This document shows positions 25,456 through 32,000 of a DNA stretch of 32,000 nt, in pieces. The first letter of the stretch is position 1. Each line of letters opens with the position of its first letter. Below the pieces are notes generated by a model that was not told the origin of the DNA, made no database searches, and worked only from the letters and a program-made list of their open reading frames with translations. The stretch lies in NCBI RefSeq assembly GCF_000014265.1, contig NC_008312.1:360001-392000 (forward strand), given 5' to 3'. A program made the translations under genes and the position numbers. Source of the DNA: Trichodesmium erythraeum IMS101. Lineage in GTDB: Bacteria > Cyanobacteriota > Cyanobacteriia > Cyanobacteriales > Microcoleaceae.

Positions 25456-27327
25456 TCAAGAGTCCTGGGGGGGAACACTCAAAACACGAAAACCAATATC
25501 ATCGTCGTTCGCCTTGAGGGAGAAATAGAAGCAGCGGTTCGCAGAGCGACAACACCCAGGATCAAAGCTGCAGGAGCCTCCACGAATTACTCTCCAGTCA
25601 CTATCACCTCCAGTTTCCCAAGCACTTCCATCAATAGGTGCTCCATCATAACAAAGATGCCAAATATCCTGACACCATTCCCTGACGTTTCCATGCATAT
25701 CATATAGACCAAAAGCATTAGGAGGAAAACTTCCTACATCTGTTGTTTTTTCTCTGTATTCTCCTTTTGGACCATGAGCATAAGCATGGCGACCATTATA
25801 GTTTACTAACTTAGTTGTGATAGTTTCTCCAAAATAGAAAGGTGTAGTTGTTTCTGCCCGACAAGCATATTCCCACTGACTTTCACTTGGTAAACTATAT
25901 TTTTTACTTAGTACCTTAGATAATTTTTGACAAAACTCTGTTGCATTGTTCCAACTTACACATTCTACAGGGCGTTTTTTTCCTTTAAAATATGAAGGAT
26001 TTTTACCCATAATTCTTTGATATTGTTCTTGAGTTATTGGATATTTACTCATATAAAAAGGGTGAATATTTACTTGATGTTGCGGGCCTTCAAAATCCTT
26101 TCTTCCACGTTCTTTTTTTGGAGAACCTATTAAAAAACTTCCCCCAGGAATATAAACCATTTCTAACTTAATACCATTACCCAAATCTTCTATTTTTTGC
26201 CTAGCACTTTCTTGGCGACGATTAATAATCTTTCCATAATGATCAACTGTGACTACCTCAAAAGTAAATTTTTGAAGAGATAAATAATTAGTCTCTAATA
26301 CCTCAGAATTAAAAGTCTTTACGACGCCAGAAAAAGTATTGTTAATATTTTTACTAAGTGGATAATTAGGAGTTATTTTATTCTGCTTTAATTGCCACCA
26401 TTCTTCAATATTTCCAAGGCGATTTTCCTTTTCCAAAGCCAAAGCGGACATTACTAATTTATACCAAGATGATTCTAAATCTTGAGGTCGCCAATTTTTC
26501 CCGTCTTTAGATAATGAACGTTTTAAAGCATTAGGAGGTAACTTTCCAGTTAACATTTCATAAACCATCATTCCTAATTCAAAAATATCACTTTCTACTC
26601 CTAATTCTCCCCCGAAAATAACTTCTGGAGCTGCATAATTTTCAGTAAAAGTTCGAGTACTAGAAGTACCAATTATAGTACCAAAGGTTTTTTTTGCTAA
26701 ACCAAAATCAATTAATACTAGATGTCCTTGTGGAGTTAATAAAATGTTATCAGGTTTTATATTTAGATGAAATACTCCTTGTTTGTGTACTGTAGATAAT
26801 GCTGATACTATAACAGTCATTATTTCTTCAACTTTTTGAGTGGAAAACTTTTTGTTAGGTTGAGAGTCTAATTCTTTTCTAAGACTTTTTCCTTTTACCA
26901 GTTCCATTACTAAATAAACTGTTTCATTTTCTTCAAATAAATCAGTAACTCGAACTACATTAGGATGATTAAGCTTGGCTAAGATTCTACCTTCTTGTAT
27001 AAACCTTTTTAAACCCTGTTGAAATATTTTCTTCTGGTTTATAGGAATTGTAAAGCCGCCAGTAATAGGATGTCGTAAAGCATAATTTTTAGGGTAATAT
27101 TCTTTAATGACTACCATTTCATCTAAAAGTATATGATGACCTTGATAAGTAACACCAAAGCCTCCATGACCTAAAGCATAATCTATTTGGTAAGTTTTAT
27201 TACGAAGTTGGGTACCTGGTTTTAAAAGGTCTCGATTAAGTGATGGTAAATATACACCACATTCTTTATTAGGACATATTTCTGTGTTGATTGGAATACC
27301 ATCAGTATAACAATTTAAACAACGCAT
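25456..27327 (-). CDS. Zinc-ribbon / Ser-Thr protein-kinase-like domain fused to a C-terminal FGE-sulfatase (SUMF1, C-type-lectin-fold) domain
   Basis: N-terminus MRCLNCYTDGIPINTEICPNKEC. Hanks motifs are GHGGFGVTY, VVIKEY, HLNIKPDN (Asn where the catalytic Asp is expected), IDFGLAK and YAAPEV. The C-terminal ~230 aa carry YPITQEQY, VSWNNATEFC, SESQWEYACRA, GLYDMHGNVREWC, RVIRGGS and IGFRV, typical of the FGE-sulfatase domain. Confidence 0.88.
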   Translation of the reverse strand: MRCLNCYTDGIPINTEICPNKECGVYLPSLNRDLLKPGTQLRNKTYQIDYALGHGGFGVTYQGHHILLDEMVVIKEYYPKNYALRHPITGGFTIPINQKKIFQQGLKRFIQEGRILAKLNHPNVVRVTDLFEENETVYLVMELVKGKSLRKELDSQPNKKFSTQKVEEIMTVIVSALSTVHKQGVFHLNIKPDNILLTPQGHLVLIDFGLAKKTFGTIIGTSSTRTFTENYAAPEVIFGGELGVESDIFELGMMVYEMLTGKLPPNALKRSLSKDGKNWRPQDLESSWYKLVMSALALEKENRLGNIEEWWQLKQNKITPNYPLSKNINNTFSGVVKTFNSEVLETNYLSLQKFTFEVVTVDHYGKIINRRQESARQKIEDLGNGIKLEMVYIPGGSFLIGSPKKERGRKDFEGPQHQVNIHPFYMSKYPITQEQYQRIMGKNPSYFKGKKRPVECVSWNNATEFCQKLSKVLSKKYSLPSESQWEYACRAETTTPFYFGETITTKLVNYNGRHAYAHGPKGEYREKTTDVGSFPPNAFGLYDMHGNVREWCQDIWHLCYDGAPIDGSAWETGGDSDWRVIRGGSCSFDPGCCRSANRCFYFSLKANDDDIGFRVLSVPPQDS

Positions 27328-29479
27328 AATTATCTTTAAATAAAAGAATTAAGAGATTTTAACCTTAAGTTATATAGCTCTTAAGGTATGACTTTTGATC
27401 GGCTAAAAGCTATAGCTTCTTTATGGATTATACCTAAAGCTTGATGATTAGTTTATTAAGTTAATATAAAGCATATATTTATCCGATGAATAATAGATTG
27501 CTTTATACTAAACTCCATAAATATCTTGTTAATAATTTCCCAATTAATAGTAGCAATTTTACTTGGAAGGAAGTGGGAGAAGTTTGCCTCAAAGCTTGCC
27601 TCTGCCAGGACAGCCCGGGGAGCTATTGACGAAGGTGTTATTGAGAGTTTAGGCATAAAATTTTAAGGTCATGAGTGTATATGTATTAATGATTTAATGA
27701 CTTTCTGGCTGTGGGAAAGTTGATAAAGTATTGATACTAGTTGTCATGGCTGTTTTTCTAATTTACTTTATCAATAAAATCTACATCTAGCTGAAGAATA
27801 GATGAAGTACTTGAGTCTTCATTGAGAAGCTACTAAAAAGTTGTTTAAAGCTTGTTAGTCTAAGTTATTACTATCAACAAAGTATCAAATAAAGTTTTAA
27901 TATTTCTCACAGTCAATAAAAGTTGGGTGCTTCACATAATTTAAGTTTGTTAAGTTTACTTCTGAATAGATGGAGTTAGTTTGCAATCTTAACTATGGTT
28001 TGAAAAATGACAAATGAATGGCAAGGGTATGTAGATGAATATTTACCACTATGGTTGTAATGTTTATTTGTTCTTTAATGAAAGAAAATACTATGTTTTT
28101 TACGGAGATTTATAAGTTTTAGTTTTATAAGATTATGAGCCTTAATATATTGCTTTAAAGTTATCAATTATTTATTCAGTTTTTTTTGTAAAAAAAGTTT
28201 TAATCATTATAAATTTTGCTTCTATTCAAGTATTTTGATGATTTTATTAGGGGAGTTTTATTATGATTAATGGAGTGTAATTTTTTAGTATTCATTCTTG
28301 AAAAAAAAGATATTGAAATTCAATTATTTTGAATAATATTATGCCCTCAGCAAAAGCTAAAGTTTACACTAAAAAGTTAAGAAACGCCAAGTCTTTCAAC
28401 CACAATGACGACAAAGGTTAGGGTGAAGGTTTTGGTGTCGAGCCAGATATTGGGAAGCTAAAGGTTCTATCCATCAAGGGATGTGAAGAGTAGACAACAG
28501 AGTCAGAGCTTTTTGCTATCGTTGTATGCCAATGGAAAAAGGAGAAACACAAGCTTGATGTCGACAGTACATGCATGGTTCTCGCTGGTTGTGGTGTTTC
28601 AGTTGCTAATTTATTTACCCACAAGAGGAAAACAGTGCAAGATGGGAGTTGATAGTTATATTGTTGTTGATCATGCTGTTGAGAGTTAGTTGAGGTGGTT
28701 TCTTTCAAAAGTAGGAAGAGCATAAAAAGAAAGAGTTAGCAGCGAAGTTGCAAGTAAAATTACTTGAAATTTTTGATGATGCTTACAGATGTACTCCATC
28801 TATTTAAATATATGCTCAGTATTTTAATTATGATCACAAAGTTTCTTATGGTTTAGTCTTATAGGTTAGATCGGTTGCTTGCACAGGTGAAGCTGAGTTT
28901 GTAGCTGAGTTGCATCAATTTTTGATTATTAATTCTGCTCACACTGAAGTGATAGATGGCAGTCAGTTTTATGAGAAAGGTCTTTTAGTTTTATCAAGTG
29001 GTAGCTGTCGACTGAGAGAAATATGCAGATGAAGGTAGAGCAGGATGTTTAAGGAAAGATCGCAATAAATATATCAAATAGCTTAATTCTCAGGAGGTGA
29101 CAAGGTAGTTGAAAACTATGTTGAGAGAAGAGTTTGCTTTTTAACACTGAAAAATAAGTCGACAGAAAGGGAGTGCTTGTTGAAAGTAGATGGAGGTGTG
29201 GTGCGGTCGCGGAGGGTGGTTTCAGTAGTATCGGATCACACCTCTCGCTTGTGTTGAATATATTCTCCACTAAAATGGCTAATAATATTAGAAAAAAAGT
29301 TACTCTTATTAATTTTAAGGTGCTGATAAATTAGGGTATGATGTTTATATGTGTAGTTAATTTTGTGTACTTGTTTCATATTATTTATTAGTCAAAATAT
29401 TGTAAGATTTTTAATATAGATTAGGTATTAGATAGTTATTTGATTCCAATTTTTTAATTTATTGCTGATTACTATCTGA

Positions 29480-30406
29480 TTAAAATAACCATGAATTAAA
29501 GTAATTACTAGGTGAAGCATTATCCTGGAGAATTGGAACATTTTCTAAATTAAAATTTGATGATTCTTCTATTACTTTTAGATTATTTGACCTATCTACT
29601 AAGGGAAATGAAAACTGATGAGAATGTTGAAGTGATTTAGCTTTTTCTCTAATTTCTTTTTTGTCAATTGGACGGTTCCGAGTACCAATAATAATAGTAT
29701 TTCCGCCACTAGTATTACAGATATAAAGATGTGGAAAGACAGTTTTAATAGTTTTCAGATATTCTACCTCAAAACCATTATTTTTTAATATATTGACAAC
29801 TATAACTCCAGATTTTGATAAATTGCGATCGCAAAGCTGATAAAATTCTTGAGTCGCTAAATTATAAGACATATAGCCATTACCAAAAGCTACATCAATC
29901 ATTATAATATCATACTTATCTTGGCAATTTTTTTGTTCTAAATATTCCCTACCATCCTGAATTTTTACCCTTAATCTCTCATTTAATTCTACTCCGAAAA
30001 AATTCTGAGCAATTGACAATATATTAGCATCTACTTCCGTACATTCTATTATTACCTCTGGAAAATAGTGATGTAAAAATTGAGGAATACTACCCCCACC
30101 AAAACCTGCAATATAAATTTTTTTTGGTTGACTATTCCAAAGTAAAGCTAACATCATGGCCTGAGTGTAAGGAAAAATTAAATATATAGGGTCATTCAAA
30201 TTAAGTATAGATTGAACCCAATCCATTTTTAAAGTTATTTGCTCTACTAAGACTAACTGAATAATGAATTTAACTTTTTTTATAGTTAAAAAATGTATAC
30301 CAGAAGGTTGAGAAAAAATTATCCCATCAGGTTGTTTGTGGAGCCAATAAATTCTTTCCCGAATTCCTTCTAAATTTTTAACTTGCCAATATCTGTAATT
30401 ATTCAT
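29480..30406 (-). CDS. Spermidine-synthase-like SAM-dependent methyltransferase-fold protein
   Basis: KKIYIAGFGGGSIPQFLHHYFPEVIIECTEVDANILSIAQNFFGV...VKIQDGREYL...YDIIMIDVAFGNG...EFYQLCDRNLSKSGVIVVNI matches the polyamine aminopropyltransferase-like fold. The ATG at 30406 is preferred over the TTG at 30454, but the start is uncertain. Confidence 0.55.
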   Translation of the reverse strand: MNNYRYWQVKNLEGIRERIYWLHKQPDGIIFSQPSGIHFLTIKKVKFIIQLVLVEQITLKMDWVQSILNLNDPIYLIFPYTQAMMLALLWNSQPKKIYIAGFGGGSIPQFLHHYFPEVIIECTEVDANILSIAQNFFGVELNERLRVKIQDGREYLEQKNCQDKYDIIMIDVAFGNGYMSYNLATQEFYQLCDRNLSKSGVIVVNILKNNGFEVEYLKTIKTVFPHLYICNTSGGNTIIIGTRNRPIDKKEIREKAKSLQHSHQFSFPLVDRSNNLKVIEESSNFNLENVPILQDNASPSNYFNSWLF

Positions 30407-30885
30407 TTTGAAAAAAGAAGCCAGATTTAATCTGGTAATTTTGTTATCATTCAAGGAGAGAAACTAGGTTTATATTAGTTACCCTAAAATACTCACATCT
30501 GTCTTCCATAAACTCGGTTTATTATAATGATCTAAAGTCAGGATATCTGATATTATACTAATTGCCATAAATTCTAAAATACCAAGATAACAAAAATCAA
30601 TTATTAAGTAAGCTTTTTTTTGTTTTAAACGACTTATTTTTGTCTGCTTCCTTTAGGTAAAAACCATTTTTTATTATCAAGCAAACGTTATAAATTACTA
30701 AGACATATTTTTTTTATACGTGTTTTTATAATAGAAAATTTAATCATCAAAAGTATATTTTTAATTTCCTATACAGCGATTATTTTTGCATTTTTTTCCT
30801 GTTTATATATCCTGTTTAGATAATTAAAATTTCTCAACTTTAACCTTTTTTTTATTTCTGCCTTCTGCCCTATAATTTCTTTATA

Positions 30886-32000
30886 TTAATATAATTCATA
30901 CTTTAATAGTGTACAAGAAATCGGACCATTATAAACAGGTATTCTCCCAGAAGTTCTTAACCCCACCTGTTTAGATAACTGCTTATTTCCTGTCAAAATA
31001 AAAGCCGTCCAACCAGTAAAACGTTGTTTAAAAATATCCCCCAACATTTTATAAAATTTACCCAATTCTTCCACTTCTCCTAAACGCTCTCCATAAGGAG
31101 GATTACAAATAATTATTCCTTTTTCAGCGGGAGATTCTAAATTAGATATATCTGTTTGGATAAACTTAATTTTATCTAAAACAGCACATTTTTTAGCATT
31201 ATTACGAGCTTGAGAAAGTACCTCCGGATTTCGATCGCTTCCCACAATTATTGATTTTAATTCAGTCAATTGACTATTCTTAGCTTCTGTCAATAAATCT
31301 TGCCAAATCGACTTATCAAAATCACGCCAATTCATAAAAGAAAAATTATTTTTCAACAATCCAGGTGCAATATTTAATGCTTTTAAACTTGCTTCTAAAG
31401 GTAAAGTTCCAGAACCACATAAAGGATCTAAAAAAGGCAATTCTGGAGAGTATTCTGCCATCTCCAATAAAGCTGCTGCTAAAGTTTCTTTTAGAGGAGC
31501 AAATCCCATTGCCAACCGATAGCCACGCTGATGTAAACTACTACCAGAACTATCTAAACTAAGGATACAATTATTATGTTCAATATGACCATTAATTAAT
31601 ATCTCAGGATTTTTAGTATCAATATTTGATCTATAGCGAAATTTTTCTATTTGTTGCTCAGTAATAGCATCCTTTATTTGCAGAGCAGTATAATGAGTAT
31701 GCTTTAATTTCTCATTAGTTCCCGTACAGTGAACTGCCAATGTATTTTTAGGAGATATATATTGCTGCCAAGGAATTTTTTTGACTTCTTTATATAAAAC
31801 TTCTCGGTTAACACACCTAACTTGTGCAATAGGAACTAAGACTCTAAAAATAGTTCTAGCCCAGAGATTAACCCGATAAAGTAAAGTCTTATCTCCAGTA
31901 AAACTTACCCCTGTAAATTCTGGAGATATATTTTGAGCTCCTAAATTTTCTAATTCTTGAGCAGCAATAGTTTCTAACCCTTTAGCAACTTTTGCATAGT
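30886..32000 (-). CDS. THUMP-domain class I SAM-dependent RNA methyltransferase (RlmL/YpsC-like, UPF0020); start codon just beyond the window end
   Basis: The track lists only 30886-31740, but I found no minus-strand stop in that frame up to 31998. Upstream translation is YAKVAKGLETIAAQELENLGAQNISPEFTGVSFTGDKTLLYRVNLWARTIFRVLVPIAQV... (THUMP-type N-terminus). The SAM-binding part follows: FLDPLCGSGTLPLEA...IVGSDRNP...IICNPPYGERLG (NPPY motif). Confidence 0.8.
   Translation of the reverse strand, partial: YAKVAKGLETIAAQELENLGAQNISPEFTGVSFTGDKTLLYRVNLWARTIFRVLVPIAQVRCVNREVLYKEVKKIPWQQYISPKNTLAVHCTGTNEKLKHTHYTALQIKDAITEQQIEKFRYRSNIDTKNPEILINGHIEHNNCILSLDSSGSSLHQRGYRLAMGFAPLKETLAAALLEMAEYSPELPFLDPLCGSGTLPLEASLKALNIAPGLLKNNFSFMNWRDFDKSIWQDLLTEAKNSQLTELKSIIVGSDRNPEVLSQARNNAKKCAVLDKIKFIQTDISNLESPAEKGIIICNPPYGERLGEVEELGKFYKMLGDIFKQRFTGWTAFILTGNKQLSKQVGLRTSGRIPVYNGPISCTLLKYELY

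Noticed and set aside
28418-29270. Track ORFs 28418-28723 (-), 28483-28689 (+) and 29049-29270 (-) as genes
   Set aside because: They have low-complexity or implausible translations and mutually overlap on opposite strands in a compositionally skewed tract. The region is treated as an anomaly or possible eroded gene instead.
25456-29480. DGR template repeat, avd or DGR-type RT near the kinase/FGE gene
   Set aside because: I looked on both strands for a second copy of the cgtggaggctcc...attggttttcgtg stretch and for a non-intron RT ORF and found none. The DGR idea is therefore reported only as a remote-target hypothesis.
1-32000. CRISPR arrays, rRNA genes, prophage or defence-island-type operons
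   Set aside because: Beyond those listed, I saw no regularly spaced short repeats, rRNA-like conserved tracts, or clusters of nuclease, ATPase or toxin-like ORFs. Genes are mostly isolated housekeeping genes separated by long spacers.

Overview
The window is AT-rich, roughly one-third GC by eye, and looks cyanobacterial. Evidence for that is five perfect HIP1 octamers (GCGATCGC), a plastoquinone-type ubiA, a gshA-like gene and very long ORF-free spacers. A Trichodesmium-like filamentous cyanobacterium is my guess only. Ordinary genes: ppx (partial, absent from the ORF track), ubiA, a CxxC peroxiredoxin-like gene next to a 2-Cys peroxiredoxin, a LysM/M23 peptidase, trmL, gshA, an HD-domain hydrolase, a two-TM protein, a spermidine-synthase-like protein and a THUMP/RNA methyltransferase that runs off the right edge. 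There is one tRNA(CAU). Mobile or decayed DNA: two full-length group II introns (RT-maturase-HNH) lie tail-to-tail in ORF-free DNA (12971-15488 +, 15811-18332 -). There is also an IS1634-like transposase fragment, a TnpB C-terminal relic, a frameshifted DUF924 gene and a decayed ORF of unknown function. Most interesting observations: (1) A Ser/Thr-kinase/FGE-sulfatase fusion whose C-terminal tail looks like a diversified DGR variable region, with no template repeat or DGR reverse transcriptase in the window. Its kinase catalytic loop reads HLN instead of HRD. (2) The convergent intron pair shows compensatory stem changes, an IEP ORF that reads through domain V into the domain VI loop, and a damaged RT motif in one copy. 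(3) An ~85-90 bp direct repeat brackets the tRNA, next to the TnpB relic. (4) An ORF-less, C-depleted island of higher GC lies at ~28.4-29.3 kb. I see no clear multi-gene novel system such as a defence-island-like operon. All product names come from motif recognition in my own translations; no database search was possible.
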